Notes: a model not told the origin generated them from the letters alone. Positions 39,351 to 54,750 are shown, counted from the first letter of the stretch. The stretch: 64,000 nucleotides of DNA from Octopus sinensis (GCF_006345805.1 NC_043006.1:99820001-99884000); one strand, 5' to 3'. Made by a program: numbers and translations.

Positions 39351-42300
39351 GACACCGGGGACGTTTAAGATGTAAGAAGGAAAATACAGAGCTCCGAAAT
39401 CTATCCACAAACATCGAAAACAAGGACACCCTATGGAGCCAAAGATTGACTAACAAAGAATTGGACTAAATCCGAGTAAGTAATACTAATTGAAATTTAT
39501 TACTATTTTCGAAACGAAATGATGTATTTTGACTCGATATTATCTCCACCTCTAACACAACACATGTAAACATGCGTGGAACAACACGATCATCCCCGAC
39601 CTCAAACACCATGTTCAAAGGAACTACGAAGAAATTAAATGCCACCGATACTATTCAACCCAAGAATAACAATCGAGCGGTACGTACATTAAACCTACAA
39701 CAAAAAATGTACGAAAAACTACACGTGCGAAATAATATGACAACAGAAATAAACGGACCGGTACCCTACGAAAATGACGACCGTCAAAATAATGGGCCGG
39801 ACGTTGTACCTCATGTCCCGCAATTAAAACCCAAAAGACGTAAATGGACACGTGAGGAATACATTTCTATCTTACACGCAATGCTCTACCCACAAAATGA
39901 AAATACAACAACACAAACATATAAAAATGGAAGGAAAATAATAGAGATATAGACTTGGATACAGCAATGAACCCTAATAAATTAGCTAACGTACGAAGAT
40001 ACATTCTCAAGCCAAAAAGATAAGAAATAGAAATAGAACATTTAAAAGAAAAAATACACCAGGAAAATGTAGATAGAAGCCACACAACAATGCCCAATAA
40101 TATAACAACTGAAACTGTAAAACACGAAGACAAACGCAACATTCCCAACAAACACGATGTAAACAACGAAGGGGAGCCTAATGATTATGATAATATAAAA
40201 AATAAAATACTCAAAGAACTGAAAACCACAGAGCCCAAAATGGACCACCGACCATACCTCCCAAGAATCAAAATAACGAAATAACAACACCTATTATAAA
40301 CAACATAAACTAGCCGTCACTGAACTAGCCACTGAAACAAAAAAAAGTGATATCACTGAACTAAATGACTTGATATACGCAGCAGCCACTGCAGCCACAA
40401 AAGAAGCTGGATACTCACCCAAACCCGCCCAAAAACAGAGAGTACCACCACCAAACAAACCCTGTGGATAAAACATCCAAAACAAAATTTAAAAAATGAG
40501 AAAAGACCTGTCGATTCTTAATGAAATCAGCAAACAAGCAACGCTACTGAGCAACAAAAAGAGAACAAAAATGCTCCGCAAATATAACATCACAGAAAAA
40601 GATTTGCCAGAGATAAAAGAAAAGCTGAAGCAAGATATCCTTGCCAAAGCTCAAAGGATCCGCCGGTACGAGAAACGCCAACGCTTCTTTGAACAGAACA
40701 AAAAGTTCAACTCCGACCCCAAAAAGTTCTACCAAGAACTGGGCAAAAATAAAATAGAAGTCACTGCAGCACCAACGGCAGAAGAATTGGAAGAATTCTG
40801 GAGAGAAATATGGTCGGCGAACGAACAGCCAAAAAAAAAGGAGTATCAAAATAACAAACTCGGCATCTGAACAACTTTGGACCCCCATAACAACTGAAGA
40901 GGTCACCCAGGCACTGCAAAAACTAAGCAACTGGAAGGCACCTGGGCATGACAAGATCCCCAACTTCTGGTTGAAATATCTAACAGGAATGCAGAAAAAA
41001 CTGGCTGAAAACTTTAACAGCATACTAGCAGAGCCAGAGACAATGCCTGAATGGCTCACGAAGGGGAAAACCATCTTAATTCCCAAATCAAATGAAACAG
41101 AAAAACCAGAAAACTACAGACCAATAACCTGCCTCCCTGCTATGTTCAAGGCATTTACTGCAGTGATATCGCAAAGGCTGAACAAGCACATGGACGAAAA
41201 CAAACTGTTCCCAGAAGAGCAGAAAGGATACCGCAAGGGCTCATATGGCTGTAAAGATCAACTAATGATTAATAAAGCCATAACTGAAGACAGCCACAGA
41301 AAGAAGAAAGGCCTCAGTATGGCCTGGATTGACTACAAAAAGGCGTTTGATAGCATCCCCCACACATGGATCCTCGAAACACTAGCCATTAACAAAGTAG
41401 CACCAACAATCATAAAATTCATAGAGCACTCTATGAACAAATGGCAAACAGTCCTACACCTCCAAACAAAAGAGGGACTCATGAAAACAAAGACATCCCC
41501 ATTAGAAGAGAGGAATATTCCAGGGAGACACGCTCTCTCCACTCCTTTTCTGCTTGGCACTGTCACCTCTATCTGATATGCTAAATAGAACTGGATGCGG
41601 ATATAATGTTACGGCAAAACGATCAGCCACCTTTATATATGGATGACCTAAAACTATACGCTGCAAATGACAAACAGCTGGAAACACGATTAAGACAGTT
41701 CATGGATTTACCAAAGAATAGATATGAAATTTGGATTAGAAAAATGCGCCAAAGTAACCATGAAAAGAGGAAAACTAGTTAAGAGTAACAACATCACACT
41801 AGACAAAACCAATGAAATAAAGGAATTAGACCAAAGCCAAACTTACAAATACTTAGGAATCCATGAACTAGATAAGACACAACACACACAAATGAAAGAG
41901 AAAATAAAAAAAGAATATTATAGACGTGTTAGATCAATACTAAATACTAAACACAGAGCTCAATGCTAAAAACAAGATAATAGGTATCAACACTTTAGCT
42001 GTCCCAGTTATAAGTTACAGCTACAAGATCCTTAACTGGACACGAAATGAACTGACCAAAATAGATAGGAAAACAAGAAAAATAATGATAGGATCTAGGA
42101 TGCATCACCCAAAATCTGACATAGAAAGACTATATATACAACTGATCCAGATAGCGGCAAAACACGAGCAAAACAAGAAACTGTTCTCAGTATTTAAGGA
42201 AGCTGACAATACAAACAAGAAATCATTCCATAATAAACATGAAAAGAAGAAGAAGAGAAGATGAAGAAACAACAAAAGCTATAAAACAAATGAAATCCAA

Positions 42301-43173
42301 ACTAAAAATAGAACAGCAACGACCATGATAAAACGATTGCAAGAAAAGCCCCTTCATGGGTAATACTGGACTAAACTAAACGCAAAAGAAAAGACAAAGA
42401 AAAATCCCAGCAATGGTTGAGAAGCTCAGGACTCAAAGCAGGAACAGAGGGATTTTTAATTGCAGCACAAGACCAAAGCCTCCCCACCAGAAATTACCAA
42501 AAACATGTAATGAAAAGAAATATTACAAGTAACTGCAGAATACGTGGAGATGGACAAGAAACAATAAATCATATTATCTCTAGCTGCCCAGTCCTGGCTA
42601 AGAAGGAATATATTCACAGACATGACAGAGTTGGAACCTACATACATTGGAAGCTATGCCAACATTATGGAATAACAACAGAAAAAAGATGGTATAGGCA
42701 CACACCAGAAAAGGTCACAGAAAACGACAAAGCAACACACAGATAGAGAAATTAAGGCTAACAGACCAGATATAGTTGTCAGAGATCATGAAGGAAAAAA
42801 TGCTTTCTAATTGATGTATCAATACCGGCAGATAACAACGTGTCTCTAAAAGAAATGGAGAAACTCTCAAAATACAAAGACCTGGAAATAGAGGTAACTA
42901 GAATGTGGAATCTGAAAACAGAAACAATTCCTATCATAGTAGGTGCATTAGGCATGATAAAAAAATATTCAGACAAATACATAACAAAAACACCAGGACT
43001 TACAAAGACATATAACATACAGAAAATTGCACTACTAGGCACTGCACACATCCTACGCAGAACATTTTCCATACAATAACCATCAGAGCATCACAACAAA
43101 TCACAGCACATACCCAAGGCACACAGAGCTGCGCTCGGTAGTGAAGTGAAAGCACGCTATAAAAATAGAACTA

Positions 43174-43177
<4 letters not shown>
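39351..43177 (+). mobile_element. Near full-length R4/Dong-type RLE non-LTR retrotransposon, frameshifted
   Basis: N-terminal KRRKWTREEY. RT motifs WKAPG.DKI.NFW, NYRPITCLP, EEQKG, AWIDYKKAFDS, IFQGD, YMDDLKLY. Knuckle CRI.G...ETINHIISSC. RLE RPDIVV, KYKDLEIE, IIVGALG, LLGTAHILR. (TAA)n flanks. Confidence 0.93.
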
Positions 43178-43264
<87 letters not shown>

Positions 43265-43281
43265 TAATAATAATAATAATA
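43178..43281. repeat. (TAA)n
   Basis: Direct reading; right flank of the LINE. Confidence 0.95.
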
Positions 43282-43330
43282 ACATTGAAAATACCTTAGG
43301 AATGAGAACCCAGTTTCGAAATTTCCCCAA

Positions 43331-43376
43331 GACACATGATGAAGGCTGGAGGGTATATCAGCCGAAACTTTGTGTT
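43331..43376 (+). ncRNA. Degenerate minimal hammerhead ribozyme-like motif
   Basis: gacac ATGATGA A ggctg-gagggtatat-cagcc GAAAC t TT gtgtt: 5-bp stem I, perfect 5-bp stem II, C3A change and a G>T change in the would-be ACGU stem III. Confidence 0.6.
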
Positions 43377-43519
43377 AACAACAAACAAGATGAGGACAAA
43401 TATTCGTCAAATGTAAATAACGTACATAATTCCTTAACTCTTAAGTATAGGACTGTATCTTTATTATTGTCACACAGCCTTCTGCTCATGCGTGCTTATA
43501 TTTGATATTACTGTAGTCA

Positions 43520-44084
43520 CGTAATCGAAGTTTGACCCTCATCGCATCATTTTCCTTTATGGCTTCACAGTCTAAGTACGGCCTTTCCACTTGCAATATG
43601 CGCCAAAGAAGAACAAAGAGCAATGATCCGAAAGATGGCAATGGTGAACCGGTTCACCATTACCATCTCTGGAGCTTGCTGAATCTCCTCGTCAATGGTG
43701 GAGGGTGACGGGCGCCCTGCTCTATCTTCGTGTGTTACGTTTACCCAACCACTTTTAAACATCTCGATCCACTCAGACACACTTCTACGTGGTCGTGCAC
43801 TGTCCCCGGGTTGTGCTAAAAGCTTCCTATGAATTTCAGCACTTGAGATATCTTCCGATCAGAGAAATCAGATCACTGCTCTTCGTTGTTCTTTGGTGCA
43901 CATTGCTAGTGGAGCAGCCATGCTTACACTGTAAAGCCAGAAAGGAAAATGGCTCAAACAGGCTCAAACTTCAATCAAGTGACCACAATAGTACCAACTA
44001 CGAGCAGACATGCGCAGTAAGCAGTGTGAAAATAATAAAGATGTGTTATGGTGAAAGTGCGGATAGTTTTTACATCCCCGGGTA
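43520..44084 (-). mobile_element. 5' part of a mariner transposon (degenerate transposase N-terminus)
   Basis: From ATG at 43921: MAAPLAMCTKEQRRAVI*FL*SEDISSAEIHRKL...RRSVSEWIEMFKSG...DRAGRPS (mariner HTH region). TIR-like tacccggggatgtaaaaactatccgc at the 44084 end. Confidence 0.85.
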
Positions 44085-44148
44085 GTTTCGGTTGTACCCG
44101 GGTTCTTTTTCAGGCTTCAGGAAAGTATTTTCTCCGCAAAGTACTATA

Positions 44149-44550
44149 GGCGCAGGAGTGGCTGTGTGGTAAGTAGCTTGCTAACAAACCACATGGTTCC
44201 GGGTCCAGTCCCACTGCGTGACATCTTAGGCAAGTATCTTCTGCTATAGCCCCGGGCCGACCAATGCCTTGTCAGTGGATTTCGTAGACGGAAACTGAAA
44301 GAAGCCTGTCGTATATATGTATATATATGTGTGTGTGTGTGTGTGTTTGTCCCCCTAGCATTGCTTGACAGCCGATGCTGGTGTGTTTACGTCCCCGTCA
44401 CTTAGCGGTTCGGGAAAAAAGACCGATAGAATAAGTGCTGGTCTTACAAAGAATAAGTCCCGGGGTCGATTTGCTCGACTAAAGGCGGTGCTCCAGCATG
44501 GCCGCAGTCAAATGACTGAAACAAGTAAAAAAGTAAAAGAGTAAAAGAGT
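44149..44550 (+). mobile_element. tRNA-derived SINE family A
   Basis: ggcgcaggagtggctgtgtggtaag head, B-box-like ggtccagtccc, internal microsatellite, (gtaaaaga)n tail; nearly identical to 60499-60906. Confidence 0.9.
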
Positions 44551-45344
44551 AAGATCATAAGTTGAATTTTACGTATTTAGTCATCCTGAATTTGACAGAT
44601 AATATTGCAACTATTAACAATAGGGATTTATTTAAAGCAAGAACAATTATTGGTTGTTTGGAAATAATATATAAATATCTGGGATAAATGATGCTCGTTT
44701 TCTGGAATCCCTCCAAACAATAACAACAATACTAATGCAAAATGCAACACCTCTTCAGGTAATACATATAATAGTGTTTCAAAATATTGGTTTCAAAATA
44801 TACGCCTTTTATAGAAGTAATGCATTAAAAGTAATTTAGTATAAACGTTCTCCTAAAACACCCGCTAATTGTTAATTTTTCATTACTGCGTGGCATCTAA
44901 ATGCAAATTTAGACATCATAGTCAAATACAGTTCTTGATTATAAAAGCAATATATTTTAGTACTTATCTGGCAAACTTTATTTGGGTTCTCAAAGAGATG
45001 TTGATTGATTGGTCAATTGTGGTCAAATTTATGAACTGCGCCGGAAACGCTAGACATTCTCTGTAGTTGAGCAGGTCTAAACAACAAGTGCAATTTTCCA
45101 TCTACCATCTCACCACAATGGACGAAAATTCAATATCAGCTTAAGTCCGATTTGGTTAAATATGTTGATAAATTTAGTGTCTTATAACATCATTCTAATA
45201 GTGAATAAAGGCTATATTGAAGCAGAAGGACTATGAATAAAACGTACGTTGTTAATTCACAAACCCTTAGATATATCGTAAATGATCAGCGCGAATAACT
45301 GAGAGATTTAGGAAACAAAATGTTTCCATATATATATATATATA

Positions 45345-45556
45345 TATCACCGTGACAGACCAGGCTATCACATGTTGCTACACATCGCTGGTCACAATAC
45401 GCTTCGCATTGTTTTAGCCTTCAAATGACGCCACCACCACCCTGCCGGAGAAAGGGGGAGCTTTAGGTGTTTTCGCTCAATAAACACTCACAACACCCGG
45501 TCTGGGAATCGAAACCGCGAGCCCTCTGCACTAACCAATTGGCCGTTGCGCCTCCA
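45345..45556 (-). mobile_element. tRNA-derived SINE (family B head, second tail)
   Basis: Reverse complement shares gcggtttcgattcccagaccggg.gttgtgagtgtttattgagcgaaaacacctaaagctcc with the 55586 copy. Confidence 0.8.
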
Positions 45557-45613
45557 CACACACACACACACACACACACAACACACACATATATATATAT
45601 ATTTTATATATAT

Positions 45614-45671
<58 letters not shown>

Positions 45672-45800
45672 ATAAATTCAACAACAATTGAGGAATGGCC
45701 TTAATAGGCTAATTCGACCCACTAGAATGAGCAGCCAGGACTCAAACCACCAAGTAGTAGTGATTCAGAAATTGGAGAAAATTTTAAAAATTAAAAAATT

Positions 45801-45832
<32 letters not shown>

Positions 45833-46362
45833 ACACGTGACGATTGATATAACTATTCCATTATTTGGTGAAACGATCGTAAGTGCTTAATATATTTAAC
45901 AAATGCAATACTGTCGCCTCTAATTCTTCGTTTGCCCATTCACATGTGTGTGCGCGTGAGTTTCGTGCATACCTGCGTGTGTGTGTGCGTGTGTGTGCGT
46001 TTTTATGTGTGTGAGTGTGTGAGAGACAGACAGAGAGACAGAGATTCTTGGATCGTGCGGTGTGTTATGTTCTTGAGCAAAACATTTCATTTCATGCCGC
46101 CCTTGTACTGTGTGGGGACTGGCATGTCAAATAAGAGACCCAACAATTTCTGTGTGTAAAATTGTAAAAGTCGCCAAAAAGTGGCTGAGGTAGGATTTGT
46201 GATGCGACCTCGTACGAATCTCAGGAACAACGAATATACAGTCGAACCCAGGCTTTGGAGGGTGGTCGTATGGGCGGTATAGAGGTGTCATACCCCATGA
46301 TTAGTAGATCAAGAATAAATGGCAGGCAGCGCAGCAAGGCGCTGTTTTACCGCACACACTCA

Positions 46363-46401
<39 letters not shown>

Positions 46402-46643
46402 ATCTACTACTACTACTACTACATCTACTACTACTACATCTACTACTACTACTATTACTACTACTACTATTACTACTACTACTACTATTATTACTACTAC
46501 TACTACTACTGCTACTACTACTACTACTACTATTACTACTACTACTATTACTACTACTACTATTACTACCACTACTACTACTATTACTATTACTAATACT
46601 ACTACTACTACTACTATTGATACTACTACTACTATTACTACTA

Positions 46644-46676
<33 letters not shown>

Positions 46677-46760
46677 AGCTGCTGCTACTGCTGCTGTTGC
46701 TACTTCTGCGCCTACTACTACTAATGCTACTGTTACTGCTGCTACAAGTACTATATACAT
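46363..46760. repeat. (TAC)/(TAT)/(TGC) microsatellite
   Basis: Direct reading. Confidence 0.95.
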
Positions 46761-48195
46761 ATATATATATATATATACACACACACATACACATACACAT
46801 TTATACATATTCTCACACACATTTCTATACGTGTATAAATTTATATACACATGACTGCGTTTGTGTGAGAAATGGTTACTGTGCATCGCACACTGTGCGT
46901 GTGTGCATCGGAAATATGACAATAGAAAAGGAAAACCTAATGAACGAATGTAATACGAGTAGTCGTACCATTATTGCTGTTATTGTTATACGAAATGGAG
47001 ATTTTATATTTATTCATGCTCTTTATTATGAAAGACAAAGAAAGCTATTGAAATATGATGCAAGCTGCCAGTCACCTTGTGTCAAAACATAGGTCAACGT
47101 TGCCATGTAAGACAAGAATGTTTATCTGAATTAGCTGTTTTCCATTATATTTTCATTACATTTAGTTAAGAAACAAGATATCATATGTTACCCATCTCTG
47201 TCTATTCTCTTTCTCCGTCTCCACATAGATACACTCGCAGCTGGCATTATAAGTAGGCGCTAAGAAATAGTAAGATTTTTTATAGGAACATTTTGTTAAA
47301 AAACACTGAGTTCGCGCAGTTTAATAACAGGAATACTAAAAGCATCATTCTATGATCGAATCTAGTATTCAATCTTCCAGTAATATTTAATATAACTGGG
47401 GTATTCATTAGTTCAATAGACCAGCATTTCCCTCCCGATGACAAGTATAATGAGATGTTACAGGGGGAATGTTTCAAGGGTAATTTCTGCAGCTTGTGAG
47501 AATTTCGCTTGATATAATTCGGCAAAGCTGAATGAAGCAGAGAAGGAAACAGCTGGCGAATAAACAAGTAGCTTCAAAATTCGTGAGAAATATGCACCAC
47601 AGTCAAATTATTAAGGTCTATGATATACAAAGGAAAATTAGAAAAAAAAAACCCCAGCTGGGATGAAGCTAAAATGTATATTCGGGAAGCTAAACTAACA
47701 CACAAAAGGCAATTTAATTATATAAAGGTTCATTTCTCAGCCCAGAAGAGAACTGTGCTAAAGCTGGTTCGAAATTTATATGGATGATGCGTGTGACAAT
47801 CCTCACGAATTAATATACTGCCCTGTCGATTATAAATAAGGCATGAACATGCAGAAACGGTCATTTCAGACGGAAATCGTGTGATTTTGAGGAAGAGATT
47901 AACACTTCTGGTCCAAAGCATGAGCAGTTCGAACAAAGGAAAGCTTTTGGCAGCGCCTTGTAGTATGACTTAAAATTTCGTCATAGTTCTACGAAAGATT
48001 CTTGGTTTCGCAATGTTCTGTTAATAAGTATATATATGTGTTTGCGAGTGTGTGCATGTGAGTGTTTTTATGATATATGTATGCATATGTATGTGCGTGT
48101 ATGTTTACTCATGTGTATGTCTATGTGTGTATATATATGTATGTATATGCATATATATATATATATTATAATATATATATGTATATGAGTATATA

Positions 48196-48266
<71 letters not shown>

Positions 48267-51200
48267 TGAGTATATATGTATATATATGCATACATATATG
48301 TGCACGCTCGGCATACATACACACACATGTGCATTCACACATGAGAAAATTATATTAGAGACTTCGTTTCTGTGAAGGTGACATGTTTGAACTATTCCCA
48401 CGGAAGCTAGGAATGAAATGAAAATTGAGAGCTGACGCAGCCGTATGTACTCGGGTTTCTCCCAAGTGTTACTTTAAAAGAACAATGATAAGCACTACTC
48501 TCCTAATATTAATATATTTCAAAAAGTATGTTCAAATAACAGGTAGTTAAAAAAAAAAAGGGCGTGGATTACTAGCAGAATGTTCGGAAACGTTCACCTC
48601 GTCATATTAGAATTATGACCCTTTCATTTACAATATATTAAAGAATATGCTTTATTCGGTGTACTACCTCGTCGTGGTAGAAGCTTGCGTGCTGCTATGA
48701 TCTAGTAGGATCTTGCTGGACATGTGCAACCATTCCAGAACGTTCTATTATTAGTAGCAAGATCAGAGACAGCACACAACTCTCAAAATCACAACTGTGG
48801 ATCATGTTTAGAAAATTACTCAACAGCCGTGAAAATGCATAAAAGCTGCAACAGATTTGACAATTCTAATTGTCCTGGGTTTCTTGCCTTTCAGTCCAGT
48901 AGGCAGTTTTTTGAAGGGCCTTGTGCTTATTGAGGTGCAACATAAAACTTTTGAAAAATAGCAAGCGTTGGCTTCTTTACTTTCAAAATATCAGACAATG
49001 TATTCCAGTGAACGTGGAAGGGTGACGAGAGTGATCTGGTGACAGCTGGAAGCTCTTAGTCACGAATCAACATGGAAGCGGAGAATACTAGATTTGATCG
49101 CTACACTTTTGGAAATGAGGAAGGAAAGTTGTTCGGCAACAGTTTTCTCGACTGTGCAGCTCTTTTTATGATCCAGGGAAACTAGAAAAGATGCTCAAAA
49201 CATAGTCTGCTTCAATTGAACCACTCTGGAAAACCGCGTCAGGAGGGTTTCACCAACATGCGGTCGAAAAGCTACAGGACAAAATATGATGAAATTTGAA
49301 ACATGGTGTGTACGAACTCTGATGGAAAATTCAAAGTTGAAAGACCCGAAAGAGGAAATGCTTCTGTTGGATCTCGTGAACTTCAAAATTTCAAGTTAGA
49401 CATGATTACTCACTCAGAAGGGGAGAGTAGGAATACGCTACACTTACCTATTTAGTTCTAAAATTTATGACTTCCGCGTGAATTACGAGAGATATTTGCA
49501 CAAACACGCATAAACGTACACACGCCCGCGCATGAATGCGGGCAAACAGACACACAAACGCACACATATGTATCTTTTGACTGTTATCTTTTACGCATTT
49601 CAGTTTCTAGATGGCGGCCAAGCTGGAGCTCTTCGTTGAAGGATTTTAGCCTTCTATCATATATAATGGTTTTTGCAGTTATCATAAATCCAGCTATTAC
49701 ACTGGAATTTTATAAATTAACCCAAGGAATGTTTTCCTTTCAATAATCTGAACTGCAGTTTCAACAGTATGTTTAGCTCTAGCTTATAATTAGAACAACC
49801 CTATTTATCATGCGTTGATAACATAGTTTAGTAACTGCTTTTGATATCTTTTGATCTTAAGTAATAAGCATCATTATCCAATATCAAGAATGATGATATC
49901 ATTGCCTCTTCTTTGAAATATATGGCTGTTGATTCGATATTGCTTTCAATTCATTAACATTGTTTACAAATGATGATTAGTTTTACTTTATTATTAATGT
50001 GTTGCTCTGTGTCACATGGTGCTTTGTATCAAACATTTTTATGAAAGTAGGTTCTATGACGAATTTATTTGTATAAGAATTCTGCTAATGCTGTTGTATC
50101 TCTCGTGATTTATATGTTTTTTCGCTACAGTATAATGTTTTGGAATTCTTCTATATAAATGCATATAGTGAATCTTAAAGTAAGTGTTTCATTCTGGATG
50201 TTACCATAATTTTACAGAGAAAGTTAGATATGGTCAATTTCACAGGAACGGTGGTTATAAATGAAACTTATATTTTCCAAGAATAGCAGATAACATTAAA
50301 CAAATGTTGACCAGAATCATACTTGATCAAACTTCTTCATGGCTACTTTACCTCACAAAGATTACAGAATGGGTCTAGCATTATTTTCAACAAAATTATG
50401 AAAAACTTACGGTGATAGTTTATCAATTTGGTATTCCGATTTCTACACCACTCAGTTAATCTCAAATTAGTATACCGTATTAACAGCAAGGTAACTGTAG
50501 TACAGCATGTCATAATAGGAACTTACAGAAATCGGCATTGAAAGTTTCGTGTAAATATGGTCGATATTAAAGTCAGGACATTTTTTTGTCTGTTAAACAG
50601 ATTTTTATACTGTCCTTTCCTGAACATTTATTCCTAACTTTGTTATTATGCAGTATTTATCAAGTATTTCTGCAACAAAACATGTTATTGCTTATACATT
50701 GGAAAGCAAATACATCCATGTTGCGCCTGTTATTGCCAACGTGTTAAAAACCATAAATCCAGTTGTGTTGTTGTCCGTTAAAAAATGTCCCCTCCTAACC
50801 AGAGTATTATTATGAAGCTGGTCACCACATTTCATGCCATAATTCAAACTTATTTCACATCATGTTTGCATATGTCCCCAACTAAGAATACAAGAAAAAA
50901 TATTTGAAGGACAATCACATTTTTGTAGTAATGATTTGTTCTGGTTAAAAAAAATGTCCTTTCTTGAACGGCTGTTTGACATACTGGGAATATGTATTCT
51001 CTAAACCTACTATGGCATGTTATCTTAATTTTATACTAAATGTGGGATGGCGTTTTGCTAATACCAGTACATGAACGATGTCTTTTTTTCTGTTTTTTTT
51101 TTTGAGTTGTTTGCTAACCATCCTTAGAGTGTTGTTCATCTAAACTTAAGATTATCTATGCATCGCTCTTCCGTTGCCAGGAACGCAACTTTAGGGGGCA

Positions 51201-51497
51201 TATTTTTGCTTAATTTAACTTATTGGAATGAGTTTTTAGAAACGCACATTTTATCTACAACAATTGTTATAGGTATTCACAAGGTTGCCAATAAATCCTG
51301 ATATTTTCGTTCTGGAAAGAACATTTGTTTTAATATCCATAAATAAATAAGAATATCGGCGATTCTGTGTACGTATGTGTGCATTAAACTATGCTTTCTG
51401 GCACAACATATTACATAAATTTTCTTATTCTGTACGTTGCAGACCTTGGTTGTGGACCTGTATGTGGAACTAATTAGTTGCATACAATCATACTCAC

Positions 51498-51616
51498 CTG
51501 TGTATCCACTTCTGTGTGCTTTTGCTTCATTTCTGCATTATGTATGTGCATAATAACTCATGCTTCTTCCTCACATCTGCATTGCTAAAGTGTTGATGAT
51601 GGTGGTCTTCTCCAAC
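51498..51616 (-). other. Candidate spliced non-coding exon (119 nt)
   Basis: Minus strand: gtctctcatacAG|GTTGGA...ACACAG|GTGAGTA. Stops in all three frames. Confidence 0.3.
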
Positions 51617-52701
51617 CTGTATGAGAGACTGATATAAAAGACTAATATGAGACATTGATATGAGAGACTAATTTAAAAGACTAAAGCCAAACTGATGTTG
51701 GATCGCCTTGTTATATATATATGTACAAAAATGTTCCTTGTTATACCTTTAAAAAATTTCTGAAGTTGTAAAATGTTTACTGTTTCCTGAACACTGTTAG
51801 GTTGTGACAAGGGAAGGCCGAAAACACTGTAGTTTTGAGAGAATATGGATACAATTGACCAACCAAACCAATGTTTCACTGATCTATATCATAGTTAAGT
51901 ATGATATTATATATCTAAAATAAAGCATAGTTGGAAAATAAAACATTTTTTTAATCGGTGGTGCATAATTGAAGCCGTGAAATATGTTAAAACATCGTAT
52001 GAAACTAACTGAAGTACTTAAAATTTATGAAATGCCTTTCTTTGGAAAATAACAATGTGTAATATGAACAATACTGATCGTTGGTGTATTTCCAGATAAA
52101 AGTATACTAAAATGTTAAATTTTCTCCTTTTCTAAACATGCATGGTCAAACTGAGTATGCATAAGTTAGATTAAGCTCTGAAATTTTCAGACCTTATCAG
52201 AAAAGACTTAAGTTTGAAAATCATAATGTTATTATGAAAAATTACATCATTTTATTTTTCACCCAAGTGAGACTCCAGTATCACGTTTCTCATGAAACTA
52301 ACCATATAGCAACATTATTTATACACTGTCGTTCCCATGCCAGCAAAAATGCCGATGGCTTTATTTATCATAAAAAATAAGACATCAAAACAACGGGAAG
52401 AACCAGTGATAAACATCAGCAATCCAGTAAACATACATACTTACACAGTACTGCAGCACTTGAACAATCTGATACAGTTGTAGTAACGTCTCGACTGCGA
52501 ATATCTTCCACCATATAATGTAGATATATATATATGCATATATATATATATATATAATATATATATTATATATATATATATATACATATTATATATATAT
52601 AAATCTCTCTCCCCTCTATCTCCAACTCGCTCTCTCTTCTCGTTCTCTATAATATATGTACATTCACAACTGAACACTTATCTTCACACATACAATCATG
52701 C

Positions 52702-52785
<84 letters not shown>

Positions 52786-52886
52786 GTATATATATATTTA
52801 TATTAATAGTTATCGCCAAGCTAATATGACAGTCTAGAACGGCTGTCGTAGTCTCCTTTTGTGAGACTTTGAAATTTAATATATAT

Positions 52887-52954
<68 letters not shown>

Positions 52955-54444
52955 ATTATATATTATATATATATATATATTATATATATATATATATATG
53001 CCAGACTGTTTTCAGTTTCTGTTACAAGCTATTGGTTGGCCCTGGTCCGTATTAGAAGATCGTTGCTCACCGTGCCTTTCCATGTTTGTACCTGTATATG
53101 TTAGCTGTTTTTTGTCCCTCTCCCAGCGTGAGTGACATGTCCTTTATTGCATTTTCTTACATGTAAGATGTTTAACTCTCATATGATTAAATACTGACTT
53201 AAAATTAAATGCTGAAATTTTCTCGTCACCTTTGATTCAAATTTTGGACGACACCGAATCTACAAAGTTACCTAGTGCTTATTCTATCGATTTGGAAAGA
53301 ATAACAATTACTAAAGATTCTATACCATAGCCTCTTAGACACAAAGCCAGATATCGAAATACCTCATTGGAATCTTTCTGGCTTTCTACAATTCTGTCAT
53401 ACAGCTATAGCATATTTGCATAGATGTATAAAAGAAGGCAATATAGGTAGAACTTTCTTAGAAATACGTATTGCCAGAGTAATGTATATAGAATATTTGA
53501 ATGTAGGAGGAAATTGTCGGCAAATGTATAATACCAATCAAAAATAGAATTCATAGAAAACAAATCCCATTTCATTTGTCATCACAGTCTCGTTAGAAAC
53601 GGAATAATTTCAGAATGTTATAATACAGAGTCACCTACAATTAAGAAAGCTTTATGATGACGCCTTCTGAAAATTATGATAACAGAATGGGAATAAAGTG
53701 AAACGGAAATGAAAAAGCAGTATAGCGTAAAATAGCGTGATGAATATAGGTCATAAGAATAATGAAAAAAATATTCAATGGTATATTATATTAAAGAAAT
53801 GTATATAGATAATTTTTGTTGAAGTAGGATTGGTTATGGACTTTCCATGACGTGGAAAAAACCTAATATTTGTGGGACAATGGTTCAGTAATGTGCAATG
53901 ATATTCATTACTCTTCCTAATGAATTTGATGCATAGATACATTCAAAAGACATTTGCAACTGTGCTATATGAAGCACACAACAATTTCTACAAATCTCTT
54001 GTCACAAACTATGAAACAATCAACGGGTTGGTTGCAAATATTTCTACATTACTTCGCGAAAATTTGATTGATTTTTAGAAACGTACGAGTTTCATCTCTT
54101 TTCACTTTCATTCGTCTTCCAAGTAAGTTCAAACGCTGCTGGCACTGGTTAATTTTTCCGACGCTCTAACGATTTGAAAAAAAAAGGTATGTGCATACGT
54201 TTATATTCATTAGAAAGGACTCCTCACATACCCAGGCATATATGGAAAGATTAACTCTTTCAAATCGACTCCAATGTTTATTTCTTAAGCAGGACCACTT
54301 TGAAAAGACCCACACTCGCTAAACGCCAAAATTACAAAGTTGCAAAATATAGCCGTTGATATGTGTGTTTGTGTGTGTGTACGTGTGTGTGTGTGTGTGG
54401 GGCTGTGTGCAATAATATAAACACACACGCACATACATATATAC

Positions 54445-54507
<63 letters not shown>

Positions 54508-54750
54508 TATGTATGTATGTATATATATGATTGAACCCTCGCGAGTTGCGATTCATAACTCAGTTCAGGTGCGTTTCGTCAGGTGATGTTATAATGGGTA
54601 TCTCTTTAAATAAATTCTGTTTCAATCGGTTTTAATACATGTTAATAACCGTCGGTTTTAGCCTTCAACATGAGTGTATCTGTTACATCTGGTAAATATT
54701 AATAAATAAATAGATAGGTAAAAAAAATATATATATATATATCGCCATGT

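Noticed and set aside
49040-49445. Short ORFs in a GC-richer patch
   Set aside because: Under 60 aa, with no recognisable motif.
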